A DNA stretch of 62,892 nucleotides, counting the filler, from Psammoneis japonica (Eukaryota), in the NCBI GenBank assembly GCA_008632985.1. It is 3 parts of 3 records of this genome, joined end to end, with 100 filler letters (N's around TTAATTAATTAA, not from the genome) between each part and the next. Parts side by side here need not be neighbours in the genome. Positions count along the whole stretch, not along the records: positions 23,917 to 48,174 come from QPGO01000430.1; 2 more parts are not named here. One strand, 5' to 3'. The first letter of the stretch is position 1; every line of letters begins with the position of its first letter. The translations under genes and the position numbers were made by a program. Below the pieces are notes generated by a model that searched no databases, was not told the DNA's origin, and worked only from the letters and a program-made list of their open reading frames with translations. Below are positions 24,205 through 36,711 of the stretch, piece by piece.

Positions 24205-24978
24205 ATGAGGTCTTTATCGATATCATTCTTTACCTTGCGGGAGCAGTACTGGATAACAATTGGCGTGCTTGTGGATTCTCGCTCCAACAAAACCGACAGC
24301 GACGAGACGTCCACAATAACCATGAAAAACCGCGCAGTTTTGAGTTGTTTCTTTCTCATGAAGAAAAAATGAGTACCACGACAAGATCGATGCACAAGCG
24401 CATCAACAAAGTAGGATGGATCGTCGCAGTGTCCTAAATTTGTTGTCAGTGCTGCCAATACTGCAAACAACACCAGGTCAAGTGTCTGCGAGTGAAAAAC
24501 AATAATGTTATGGCGTTCGTCAGAGGTACTGTATCCGTACCAGAGGATTACAATGCAGCAGATGTGGCAAATTCATCATCATCGAGTCCGGCTTTATACG
24601 TTACGGCACGTCCAGATCGCCCCGACAATGTTCCTGAGGCTATACTGAGTGGAACAAGAGGCAAGGCCCCACCCGTGTTGGCAGCTCGCTTTGAAAATCC
24701 CAAGCTTTCCTTTTGATTTCGAACTCACTAGAGAAAACATGACTGCAGAGGGTGCATCCGCTGCTGATGGATCGGTTCAGCAAGATTTGAATAACTTGTG
24801 GTGGGAAAATAGCGACTTGGTTATAAGTGCTCGTTTAGATATGGATGGCGTCGCTTCAACACGGTCTCCCGACGATTTGGTGGGCCGTGGCTTTTTCAAG
24901 GCAAACGAAGGAAACACGGTTGATGTAAAACTAACTGGAAGAGGGAGCTTTGGGAAATTCGTCACTGGTGGAAAATAG
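24205..24978 (+). CDS. Protein resembling the C-terminal Ig-like domain of CcmI/CycH, with a long targeting presequence; several frameshifts
   Basis: LYVTAR...PPVLAARFENPSFPFDFEL...LVISARLDMDGVASTRSPDDLVGRG from joined ORFs 24492-24716 and 24649-24978; start reconstructed across frameshifts. Confidence 0.6.
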
Positions 24979-25600
24979 TTGTACAGCCTGTTGGTAGAGC
25001 GAGGCACACACACGCAACAATTTTTAGTTGGAAGACTTGCAGTCATTTCAGTGCGTTGTACATGCAGCCATCATGTCGAGTCTACTTGTTAGACTCTGGT
25101 TGCAAGTGCAGCGACATATCCTAAAGATATCCTAAAGATAGGGCCCTACCATACGCCGTGATGCTTGCTGCAAAGTCACCTGCTTGTTAACTGTACAGTC
25201 GCTGCACTACACTGCGAATTTGTGACAGAAAGGCACAATCGCCTTCATCGCATACGTTTTCATTGACGTAATGCTGACATCAACTTGAACCTCATTTTTC
25301 ACGTCGTCACTCTCGTAGAACGCTCCTATTGATTCTACGCCGATCCAAGTTGAGCTGGCGAATTTTGATTGGGACAGTTGATCATTTCATTTAGTGTTAG
25401 ACAGAGCTTTCAGAATCTTGTTTGATTTTGTATGAGAGTCGTCGAGCTAAGAATGACAATAAAAAAGGCTTGTGTTTGTCCGTTCGCTCTGCTGAGACGT
25501 GTGCGTCACTGCAGCTGACGCAATCGTAATTGCATCGACTGGTCCTCCGATGACCAACGAGACTGCCGCATTGTTTTTGAACGAAAGAAGAAAATACACC

Positions 25601-26137
25601 ATGGCCAAGGATAAGAAACCGAGTTCGAAGAAGGGAGCCAAGGTCTTCAAGACCAAGTGCTCGCAGTGCCACACTGTTGAAGAGGGTGGTGCTCACAAGC
25701 AGGGACCCAATCTTTACGGATTCTTTGGCCGACAGAGTGGACAAGCCGACGGATACTCGTATTCCTCGGCCAACAAGAAGAGCGGCATTATGTGGGGCGA
25801 AGATACTCTCTTTGAATACCTCGAGAACCCCAAGAAGTACATCAAGGTGTGTTAACAAAAGTTACAGTGACCAAAAGCTAGGCTGTTGAGAGAAATGGTC
25901 CTTCGGTATTTTTGTTTGTTTGTGCGCAATACGTAACCTGAGACGTGCGACTGGAGTTGTTGGCTGATTCGCTGTTGGTTTGTACTATCTCTGTGTGTAA
26001 TCGGTACCATGTCTAATGTTTCTTTGTGTTATGCTCTGCTTATGTTACAGGGAACAAAGATGGTCTTTGCCGGAATCAAGAAGCCCGCCGAGAGGAAGGA
26101 TCTCATTGCCTACTTGAAGGAGACTTGCAGTGCTTAA
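25601..26137 (+). CDS. CYC1: Mitochondrial cytochrome c; exons 25601-25846 and 26051-26137
   Basis: CSQCH haem motif, [32 protein letters not shown] intron at 25847-26050. Confidence 0.97.
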
Positions 26138-26523
26138 ATGTGACTCGTACTTGCGACTTTTCAATGTTTACGCCAATTTATCGATATACGCTGAACCCTG
26201 CGGTGATGTAGTTTTTCAATTCAAGTTAGTTGCAAAATGTATAATAGCACTTGGTTATAATTTGCATGGCTTTAGTGTATCAGATTTTACTAGCGAAGTT
26301 CGGTAGGACCACGTTCGTTAGAGTGATGTAACTGATATATTTGTTGTAGCTATCCAAGATCCATCGTAGCGGTGATCCTTATCTTACCGGAACACTCGAG
26401 TGTTTGGACGCCATAGCAACTGCCTTCGTGCAACACACAAAGATCTCTCTAGTAGAAGAGACTATTAACTGGCCAAACGACATGCCACTCTCCAAAGCTA
26501 AGCAATTAACGCGAGCTTAGATT

Positions 26524-28258
26524 TTAGTAAGCGACCGTCACACGTCCACTCGAGTTGCCGCCAACAAGCACCACCTTGTCTTGAGAAGGATGGAAACAAC
26601 ATCGACTGGCAACAGCCGTGAGCGCTTCCCCTTGGACTGCACGTAAAAGGGATCCAGTCGCATCAAAGACCTCCATTCTCCGTGGTCGCTCCATGCTTCC
26701 AACCACAAACACGTCCTTGGACGGGTGCCACTTGGCCATGAATGTTGAGAGCCATCGTCCTGTATGGTTATCATGGCGAATCTTGTTGATATTCTTACTA
26801 ATTCTGCTCTTCTCTTTATGTGCATTCGTAATAATGTCAAGAGTGTTGCCCATGGTTGTGGACAACGGCTTTGGAGCCTTTTTGCTCCCCGTCTTGTTGT
26901 TCTTTAACATTCGGATATCCCATAGTTTAACCGTACAGTCCAACCCTGCAGAAGCAAGCGTGTGTCCGTCTGGATGCAAACTTTTGGTGCAGTTGGCAAA
27001 AAATGAGTGAAATGGGTTAGCGGCGAATAGAGACACTTCATTTACATTACAGACCTCGAAACGTACCTGACGGTATTGATCTTCTTTTCGCTTAGCTCTT
27101 CGTGAAAAGACAGTCGATTCTTACCAACCCTCAGGTCAACATGCATTGCAGTACCAGCAGAGGTCGAAAGGAAGAAACATTGTTCCGAGGCATTCCTATG
27201 GTCGAGAGTGGCATACTGCACCCAATAATTGTATCCTTCATCAAGTCCACGACCTAATTCTTTCCTCCATTCAACAGAATCATCATAGGTTGCAAATAGC
27301 TGCTCAAAGCTTTCTTTCTGGACGTCAAACTTGCGTACCGTGCCATCATAGGAAGCGGACAACATGGAGTTGCCTGACGGAGTCCATTCAAGACAAGATA
27401 CGGGTCTTGTGTGGATCTTGAATAGATGCACACCGTCCTTACTATTCGTTTCTTCCCCATGCTGCATCACATTCCAAAGCCCCACATGTCCATCTTTGTC
27501 ACCAGCACCCACTACCAAATGCTCTGTGGATGGATGGCAGGCAACCGAATAGATTCGATTGGGTGTGACTTTCGCAACATGCGCTTCATCGTCCAGCGAT
27601 ATATCGTTCAAACTAGAATCAAACGCATCATTGGAGGATAAGGACGCAGTAACCGAAGTTGGACTACGACTGAACCTTTGATCCGCAACCGTGCCCGCAG
27701 CAAGAGTGCCACGAACAAAGTTACAGGCATCTGCCACTGAATCCTCCTCAACCCATTTCGCTTCGGCGAGTTCAACCGCGGCCTTTACGGAAAGCGCTGA
27801 GCCGTCGTTTATGCGGTTTCGAAAGAACGATTCTTCTTCCTCGGTAATTTTATTTTCATCTTGCGATTGAACAGTACTTGTTCCTCCAATTGTAAATTTG
27901 CCACTCCTTTCGCTCTCTACAAAAGCGCCGTCCGCTGCTTCACCCGCAAGTCGACTTGATTTTCGACGGGACATCCCTGGAGCATCTGTCGCCGTCTTGC
28001 GTTTCTTTTGAAGACCACGTTGACTAGCCCGAGCAGTAGTAGTAGCCGATACCAGTTTCTCACGAGCCGCCACCAATCCTGACTGTATCAACATCTTCTT
28101 GTTTCGTTCACGTTTTGCAGCAACCATGTCGACGTAAGTTTCATACTGCTTTCCTTCAAAAAAGTACTGCTCTTCTGTCTCTTCTTCTTCTATATCGCTT
28201 TCATGAGCATCTTTTCAGCAACAGCTTTCTGTCGCTGACGGCGCGTTGTCGGGGCCAT
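26524..28258 (-). CDS. WDR76: WD40-repeat protein WDR76/Cmr1; intron 26981-27066; probable homopolymer frameshift near 28212
   Basis: KRERNKKML...RRKSSRL N-terminus; AKVTPNRIYSVACHP; GDKDGHVGLW; SASYDGTVR; HDNHTGRWLSTFMAKW; GGNSSGRV. Confidence 0.88.
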
Positions 28259-28379
28259 CGTTGAAGCAACAATCTAAGATAAAGACAGTAAGAAGATCTG
28301 TAACAACAATGCTGATGATATGAGAGCAACGTAGCCTGCGCTTGCTCAGTCAGAGCTAGCTCTGCCGCTGCGCGTCGTG

Positions 28380-28610
28380 ACGCAGCGACACTAAAAAAAT
28401 CTACTCCGAAGTACAAAGTACAAAAAGAACTACTCCTACCTCCTACCCAATACAGAAATCGCAGAGAGCACACACAAGTTTCTAGAGTAGAGTCTTGAGT
28501 GTCTCTACTAGTAGCTACTCTACTTGAACAAAGAGGACATCCTACGACACTGGTAGCTAGGGTATTCGTACTATGCCGCTTGGCCCTGTCTCTAGTCTCT
28601 CTAGGTCTGA
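28380..28610. promoter_or_regulatory. TAG/CTA-rich tract upstream of WDR76 (putative promoter region)
   Basis: Dense CTAG/TAG/CTAC motifs, e.g. TCTAGAGTAGAG and CTACTAGTAGCTACTCTAC; function inferred from position only. Confidence 0.4.
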
Positions 28611-28732
28611 GCTTTTGTTTCAAGAGAATGTACCATACGGTTCACTAGCTGTCTTTCTTCGGGTGGAACCTTCAGTAGAAATACTAATCGTAACCACTGC
28701 CAGTCAACATTCTTAACTAGAACAATATCCAT

Positions 28733-29906
28733 TCAAAGGCAGCACGCCACAACCATCGAGCCGTCTTGCTTTCTCATTATCCTTGGCACTATCACTAGTT
28801 TCACACAAACTTGCGAGATACGACATTCCCAAGAAACCAAGCACATACTTATGAGTTTCAACGTCTCGAGTTGCTTTTGCGATAAAGACACTCGCAGCGG
28901 CCCATCACTGTGGCGGCAAATGAGCAATTCCTTCATTCCAACCTCCATAATGCTTACATAAAGAAACGTTCCGGCAACAACAGCCTTGACAACACCAATC
29001 GATGAGCTGTCCTCGTCAAACGAATGCAACCCATTCCAATAAAGATACCCAAAGGGGTCGATAGAGAAAAAACAAGGCCCAAAATGAGACATCGATCGTG
29101 TCCGAGATCGGCAGCCACCATGGTTGACCCCAAAGCATATCCGGCGAAAACCTTGTGTGCTATAATAGCAATGCGTAGAATAGATATCCTGGCATCCTGA
29201 ACAATTCCAATGGATAAACCAGCCAAGACAGAATGTATTGATAGCGCCATAGGAGCATGATGGAAGCTAGAAAAGAGCCATGCAGATGCTCCGAGATGTG
29301 GTCGTCATGGTGATGATGAACGGATTCTTGTGGTTCACCAAACACAGTGATGGAAAGGCGTGATGTTCGCCTCGGGAGATTCTTCTTGAAGGAACGATTC
29401 ATCGAATTGGATGCCCTTCTCCATTGAAGAGGCTGATGCTCATGACTGTGAGAATGAGATATCGTACCATAGTCTTTTTCTTCTTCGTCTTCAATGATTG
29501 CTTTGGCGTCTATTTTTTCCATAAGAATACTTCCACGACAGCTTTGGTGAGCCTTCGCCATGTCGAGTAGGGATTCATCGCTATGGTTATGGCCCTCAAC
29601 TAGTAGCAAGTGCACAGACTCTTCAAATATCAAAAATAGGAAGAAGGTAAGGCCGCATAGAAAGAAGCTCCATGGATACCCATCTTCTTGATCTAGAGAT
29701 CCAGAGCTGTCTGCCAATTGGTGAACAAGACCAGCAGCTAGAAGGACACCGGCCGCCATCATGTTGCCGGCCGAAAACAGTGCTTCGTTTTTGCCTGCAA
29801 CGCACAGAGGCGAGATTGTAGACAAGAGCCCACAAACAAAAATCCCTAGGGCCACCACGAGCTTTGTTGTTTGAACAGGAAGCATTTCACTATCACAAAG
29901 AGCCAC
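28733..29906 (-). CDS. ZIP-family zinc/iron transporter; several frameshifts
   Basis: GVLLAAGLVHQL, His-rich loop (HSHSHEH, HHHHDDH), ALSIHSVLAGLSIG, IIAHK, STPLGIFIG and AGTFLYV spread over three overlapping ORFs. Confidence 0.9.
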
Positions 29907-30192
29907 TGCGTCGTTGCCTATCTTTTCGTTGGCCTCTTTGTAAGTGCATCATGCACATCAATGCCGCAAAAAGTGCGGGAAAAGGAGAAGCGTCGCAACT
30001 CGCAACGAGCATCAGAAAGATCACGAAGGATATCAGACCTCGTAGCTCGACAAAACGATAACCAACGTGAAACGGTGGATCAATTCACCGGTATCATACC
30101 TTAGCTGGAGAGAGGCCTGGACTACAGTGGTACACAGCTACAGCCACAGAAACGCTGTCGAAAAAGTTCTATAGTAGTTGTAGTCACCATTC

Positions 30193-31946
30193 CTAGAGAA
30201 GACCAGACTCGAGAATAGCCAGCTTGAACGAAGAGGAAAAGACGTCGTCTGAGAATCGATTGGCAGACTGTCTCGCTCGTTTTCGTATTGCAGTGGCCCC
30301 AGCAATGTCCAGAACTAAAGCATTGTACATGGCGCTCGCATATTCTTCCTTTGTAGTAGCTAGAAAGCCTGTAGGTTTGCCGTCCAACGGCACAATAATA
30401 TCGGCAGCAGGACCGCCTGATTTGTGAGCAACAACCAACAAGCCCGCCGCCATCATTTCCACAACGCCAATTCCAAAATGCTCATTCCACATTGTATGTA
30501 GTCCAACACTAGCTCGACCGTACCACTCTTTTACAACAGAGTATGGCTGGTTGAGAACAAACTCTATCGAATCAACAAGGCCAAGAGTCTGGACAAGTCG
30601 TTTCAGATCTTCCACTCTCTCTCTATCCTCGCTTCCGCGACAACTGCCAATAAGTACCAACTTGGCATCCTCCATATTCGGATATTGCTGTTGCATTTCT
30701 GCAAACGCCATGATTTGTAATGTGTGGTCCTTTTCCGGACGAAACTGGCCTATGCTCACAATTGCCTTTTCACGAGCTCCCTCGACAGGCAGATCTTGAC
30801 AACTCTTCACGTCACAGGGTGGATATACAATGCGTATTCTCCGAGCGGCCCCTCGCCACAAGAACTGAATGTGCTCAAATGTCCACGACGAGTTTACCAT
30901 GACAAGTCTAGCCATGCTACCGCATACCCCGTACAAAAAGGCGAAAAAGACATAGTATACCAACTTGATGCTCGTTCTGACAATGCTTCCGGCAAGACGC
31001 GGGTCGTTATTGTATGATGGTCGTCGTTCCCACACCAGCGACAGCATATCCTTGCAGTAAAAGAAACGAAAAAGGCATCAGTATTGATTTGAGAAGAAGG
31101 TGAAGCTGAAATCCGCAAGGCAAACACAAGCCGCATGAACTTTGCAGAATAAGACTAACGCACCGTACTTATTGTTGGGTAGTGAACGTAAGCACAGACA
31201 TGGCATCCTGCTAGTAATCTAGCTACAGGATAGGTAAAGGCGCACCCAGTAGTGTCAATAAAGATATCCGGTGTCCATGCGTCAAGTGCTTTGAACGCAA
31301 GCACAATTGTACCCCAAGCTTCGACCAACAGCGAAAGAAAGCTTGAAGGTGCTGAAGTAACAAGAAAAGGTGAGCATGCATAAGAAAACAGAAAAGATCG
31401 AATGGCATATAATATGCATGTGTCTTACATAAACAGTCGGAATGTTTGTCGAGATGAACAAAGGAGATTGGAGTAGATATCGGAAGATCGATGGAGAATC
31501 GTCTCTTCACTTCTTGGAGTAGGTCTGAGATCAGGTAAAAAAAGAACCAATTAGTTTAAGATCAAAAAAGACAAGTTTCATAGTAGAGATTGTTGCTTTG
31601 TTACATGCACTTTCGTCAGCATACAGACAGTACCTTGCGTGTAAGTGTCGGAGGGAGCATCGATAGTATACACAACCACATGCAGACGAAATCCATCTTG
31701 TTTTATACCTGCCAATACTTCGATTGCTTTCCATAGCACTCGCTCTCCACCACCTCCTCCAGAACATCGAGGATGAAAGAACGCAACAATCTTATCGCTT
31801 GAATTACATTCTTGCTCGAGGCGATGCTTCTTGAGTCTTTGTCGGCGAAACTTTATCCGGCAAAACACAAAGAAGACGGATAAAGCCAAGACCGCAGTCA
31901 ACACACATACTTTTAACGCCATCAGAAATGCTGATGACATTGACAT
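30193..31946 (-). CDS. ALG11: GDP-Man:Man3GlcNAc2-PP-Dol alpha-1,2-mannosyltransferase, multi-exon
   Basis: AFFHPRCSGGGGGERVLW, SIGQFRPEKDH, GLHTMWNEHFGIGVVEMMAAG and HKSGGP. Confidence 0.95.
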
Positions 31947-33441
31947 GACAAAGAATTGAGATTGACGCGGTAGGGCCCTCTCTAGCTAGTAGCAGCTAGC
32001 TACTTCTATTCTAGAAGTACAGTGCTGTACTCGAGAGCCGGTAGTGAAAAGTGACGCCATTGCCGCCCGCACGCACTGGCATCAAGCGGGTCCGCGACGG
32101 CCGACGGGGGACACACGCGAATCGATCCTCGCAACGGCGCACTGCGCTGCGCACGCTGCCATGGGTGGGGACGCCGTAGAAATCACGTGGGAGCTGTTTT
32201 TTTAGAAAAATTAACCTCGTTGCCCAAATGGACCATGGCGGTCGTCATCGTCGTGACAAAAAAAAGTGTCATCATCACGATTCGTAAGACTCAACGTGCG
32301 TTCACAACGCGCAAGTCCGAGCTTCCATCTCCCACCACAGCCTTCGCCAAGCGACGACCAAATCAACCTGCTGTTTCTCACCAAATCGCTTTCGCGCCCT
32401 CAGGATCATCACAAAAAGTTGCACTTTTGACACCATCATGTCCGCCGTCATCGAATTGGGTGGGGTGCACTGAAGCACAACTTTTGACTGCAATCTCATC
32501 GAGTGATTTTGAAATGTTTGCGGATGTCCACGCAACTCGTTTGAACAACATGCCGTCATCCAAATGGCACTTTCATGAGGCAGAACTGAGACGCCTGATT
32601 GGAACAAAGTCAAAGGATGGCACCTGTCTGCATGCATGCAAGCAGGAAATCCACTCACTGTGTTGCAAAAGGGACATTTTCACAACATCAGGAAGGGCGC
32701 GCACGGACCACAGGGTCTCCCTTGTTGGATCCACTCCGCACAAAGCACTCAACAGAAGAATTGCTCTAAGACTCATTGCTTCAATCATGGATGCCCAGAG
32801 GGTTTCAAAACGAGTCATCTGCAAGAGGATGTCACTGTCTCAAGAGTGCCAAGATGCTTTGCGATCGGGTGTGACATGGAGAGTGGATGGATGCAACTCT
32901 TCTGATTCAACAGAATGGCAATGACAGGAAGTGCAAGCGACCCCACTTTCATTCCAGAATTTCAACAAAGGCAAGTCTCTGACAGCGCAGTCATTGAAAC
33001 AAATGTTGTGCTCTTTTGTCACTTGTTTGCATCACCTTTTCACAGTTGTGTTTCACAGGCACATGCGAGTGCTGCGGTGGGAACCGATCTTGTCGGCTTG
33101 GCTTTGTGATGCCAAAAGGCATGATTGATTCTCTGTTTGTCGCAGAGACATGTCGCTTCTGCAAAGACACTGAAGAGCCCTTTTCTTTTCTTTCTTTTTG
33201 TTGCAAGCTCGTTGACGACAACAATGTCTTTGTGCACAATCGTTCAGATCGTTGCATTGGCAAATGCATCGCTGTTGCATGGGACAAGAGTTTGCTGTCA
33301 AGGGCACTCCAACCAAACAACAAACCCTGTTGACTGAGGATCAACCACACTTCAAGCCGAAGCCACCGTGTTGCAGGAGTTGAGTCATGCCTTCAGCGGC
33401 ACTTTGTGTTTTGCAGCAGCTGCAATGTGCAGCCACCAATG

Positions 33442-33869
33442 AGAGTCAATGCATCACGGCGACGTGTTGCAGCCTTTAAATGTCACAAAGGGCGTGACAA
33501 AAATGACCTTTTGTCTGCATGCATGCTGCACCATGAATTCACAGCGGAGTGGTTCATCTTGCAACCACTGGGCAGGAGGCCAGGGGTTCGAAACCCTGAG
33601 TGGGAGTTGTCTGCAGCAACGTTGATCACTGTCGAACGCGCAAAACTCTGTGCAGTTCTGCATGTTCCTTCGTGCGCACCCACGCTGTTCCGCCAAAACC
33701 GTGCAGTGTCAGCACACGTTGGTGAAGAGCCGCATGGACGCGTGACACATGGGGAGGAGTGCAACACACAGCTGCCAACAAGAGCCAATGCATCACGGCG
33801 ACGTGTTGCAGCCTTTAAATGTCACAAAGGGCGTGACAAAAATGACCTTTTGTCTGCATGCATGCTGCA
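33442..33869 (+). mobile_element. tRNA-derived (Pol III A/B-box) element with about 88-bp direct repeats, copy 2
   Basis: Direct repeats 33442-33529 and 33781-33869; A-box-like CAGCGGAGTGG at 33542; B-box GGTTCGAAACC at 33585 within a CAGGG/CCCTG T-arm. Confidence 0.78.
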
Positions 33870-34004
33870 CAGCAAACCCAGTGTTCTCATTTGGTGATTG
33901 CAGTGGGAACACGTCTGGCTGTGCCTGCTGTCTTTTGTCGGCAATGTGCGAAACAATGGCAGCACTGACTCTCACCCCTCCCTTGAATGACAGTTTGCCC
34001 ACAG

Positions 34005-34690
34005 TTCACGGAGATTTTGCATGGTGGTGACCTTCTTGATCCGATCGTGTCCAAAGGCAAGAACTCTGAAGCTGAAAGCCGCCGAGTCTTGAGACGGTTT
34101 CTCGGTGCTGTTCAATGTCTTGGCGAGGACCGCCAGGTCCTTCACAGTGAGTTGAAGCCAGAAAACATTCCAATGATCGACTGCAATTCTGACGTGGCAT
34201 TGGCATCAAGCTGACAGACTGTGGAGATTGACCAAAAAGGACTGGGGCCTCCTGAAGACCTTTTGTGGAATGCCACTGTGCTTTGCACCCAAAGTGTTGC
34301 AATGCCATCACACGGTTGCTGGGTGAGGAAGTGTGGAAAAAAGGCTGACATGTTTTTGTTGGGAGTCATTCTCCACATCTGCTGAGCAGCATTCCTCCTT
34401 TTGACGGTGACACTGCTGGAGCCGCCAAAGGTCAAGTGACGTTTGTGCCAGATGCCTTTGCCAATGTTTCGGAGGCGGCCAAGGATTTGGCAATTGGGTG
34501 GCTTCGGCCGGACCCAAAGGACCTGTCAGTGGTGCAAGAAGCGCGTCAGCACGAGTGGATGTCGATCGACAATGGAGATGTGCATGTTCATCCTCTGGAT
34601 GATCCCGTTTTGGCCAACTCCCAAGACGATGAGATTGACACAAAGGGACGGAGGACAATGAAACGACTCGCATCGGTTTGCAAACAGAAG
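34005..34690 (+). pseudogene. Decayed CAMK/Chk2-like Ser/Thr kinase fragment
   Basis: GGDLLDPIVSKG, VLHSELKPENI, IKLTDCG, KTFCGMPLCFAPKVL, GKKADMFLLGVILHI, VSEAAKDL and HEW, with frameshifts and stops. Confidence 0.85.
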
Positions 34691-36711
34691 AGGAATCAGA
34701 AAATGTGGACATTCATGAAACTTTAGAAGAGGACTCCACGGTGACAAGCAGAAGGATGCAAACGCGAGAACAGAGGAGACAACAAGTGAACGTGACGTTG
34801 TGAGAGAGGCGAACTGGATCGTTGCTCCAAGGGTGACGGGGAATTCCAAACATAGAAAAGACAAGCAGAAAGAACAAAAAAGGTGGATTTCTTTACACTT
34901 GTAAAAATGTGACCTCAATTTCACCACGAAAACGGCGTGCATTTGTGCTCAGTTGATTTTTACATGGTGAAGTGCAGCAAAATCGAGAAAAGTGCCATTT
35001 CACGTTCTCTCCAACCACGTGGTCAGGTGACTTGGTAGATGCATTGTAAGAGAGAGAGCTTGCACTTTTGATGTCGGTCACCACTGGCATCTTTAAAGCC
35101 ACAACAACATTCCAAAACTACAAACGAGTCAACGTGTGAAAAACTCGAATTTTTCAGTTGTGATTGCACGGCAAAGTGCGGGAAGTCACTTCATTGCTCT
35201 CAATCTTGACAAATGCAAGGCCAATGAAAAAGTTGCACCCCGTTCCAAGCACCTCTGAACACCCTCTGTCGAACAAGGCAACTCTCGTTTTGATCCGAAA
35301 AAATTCGTTTCTGCATGTTTTCTGTGGCGGCCTCTCCCATGGCTGCACTGTGAATGCAACGCAACGCTTGAAAATGGGCTGGGGCATTTTGCGGCAATCG
35401 TCCAGCCACGCAGGCAGCTCCACAGAAATCGTGCAGGAAATGTGCTGGAGTTTGTGTAGATTCCTGTGACGACACAATTCCATTTCTGTGATGACAAGCA
35501 GAAATGCACGGCATTTCTGGCGCACATTGCATGACGACACGAAACAGGGAATCCTCATGATTCCCTCCATGACCCACGAGCAATGAACCATCAGTGGCTG
35601 CTTCTCCAGAGCAGAGAGAGCTCTCTTCTGGCTGGGTGGAGAGCAGAGAGCTGGCTGTTGCTCTCAAACAGAGAGCAGAGACTCTGCTCTAGAGAATGGA
35701 GAGAGGAGCAGGCAGAGTTCTGCAGCGACTGCCACATTTCTTTCGCACTTGACGCACGCAGAAAAATCGACACTGTTTCCCATTTTACATTTTTGTTGCA
35801 CACACTAGAGCACCGGTGGCTGGGCGACAGGTGACACCACTCGGGACTGGGCGTTTTTGCTCCCACTGTTGGGCCCCAGAGACATGTCAACACCATCGAC
35901 GATGCAAGTGTGATCTTCTTTCTTTCTCACTTGCTTGCTTGCTCTCTCCCCTTTTCCAGAGCAGAAATCGCAAGCAAGACCAATGGTTTCAAGGCTGGTG
36001 CATTTGTGGAATGATGAAAGAAAGTGAGCGGGCACCAAACGGAGGTGGAGTTGCCTGAAGCAAGCACCGGCAGCACCTGGGTTCTTGAAGAGTGCAGCAG
36101 TGGCGGCAAACATGACACGGCATTCATCGGGGTGCCTCTCATTTTGCTCTGATGGAAGGAGTTAGAGCTGCCACTTCTTGCAACAATCTGGGGGCTCCAT
36201 GATCTTCAATCTGCAAAGCACAAACCAAAATTAAAACAAGCAAGTTGTGAGAACCCGAGTCTGAATGCAACAAAATCACAGGAAGGAGCGTTCAGCCAAT
36301 TTTGGATTTTCTCTTGCCTCTCTTTTCATGGACACACTCATCAGAGAAAAACACAACATGTCGCACAATGGCATTTTTGGTGGGAAAGGTTAAGCGGCTA
36401 AACAGAGCATTGGTTGTTGCTGCGCAAGTTGTGAGAATAGAGTCAGACAATGGCAGCAAAATCACAGAAGGATTTCTCATCCATTTTTGGGTTTTCTCTC
36501 ACCTCTCTTTTCATTGACACACTCATCAGACAAAAGATTGGAATCTTGTGCAGTTGCATCTTTTGCAGGAACAGCTTTGTTGAAGAAATTGTGCAGCGGC
36601 TGTTGCTGCCACCATGGTTGCTTTTTGAGATGTGTCAAGTCCTGCCGGGTGGGTGGGCCAGGGACACAAACATCCAGTGAGACGGGATGTGACACGCGGT
36701 GCAAAAAAAAT

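Noticed and set aside
33535..33610. Functional tRNA gene
   Set aside because: A/B boxes and a T-arm are present, but I could not fold convincing acceptor and anticodon stems, and it lies within a dispersed repeat.
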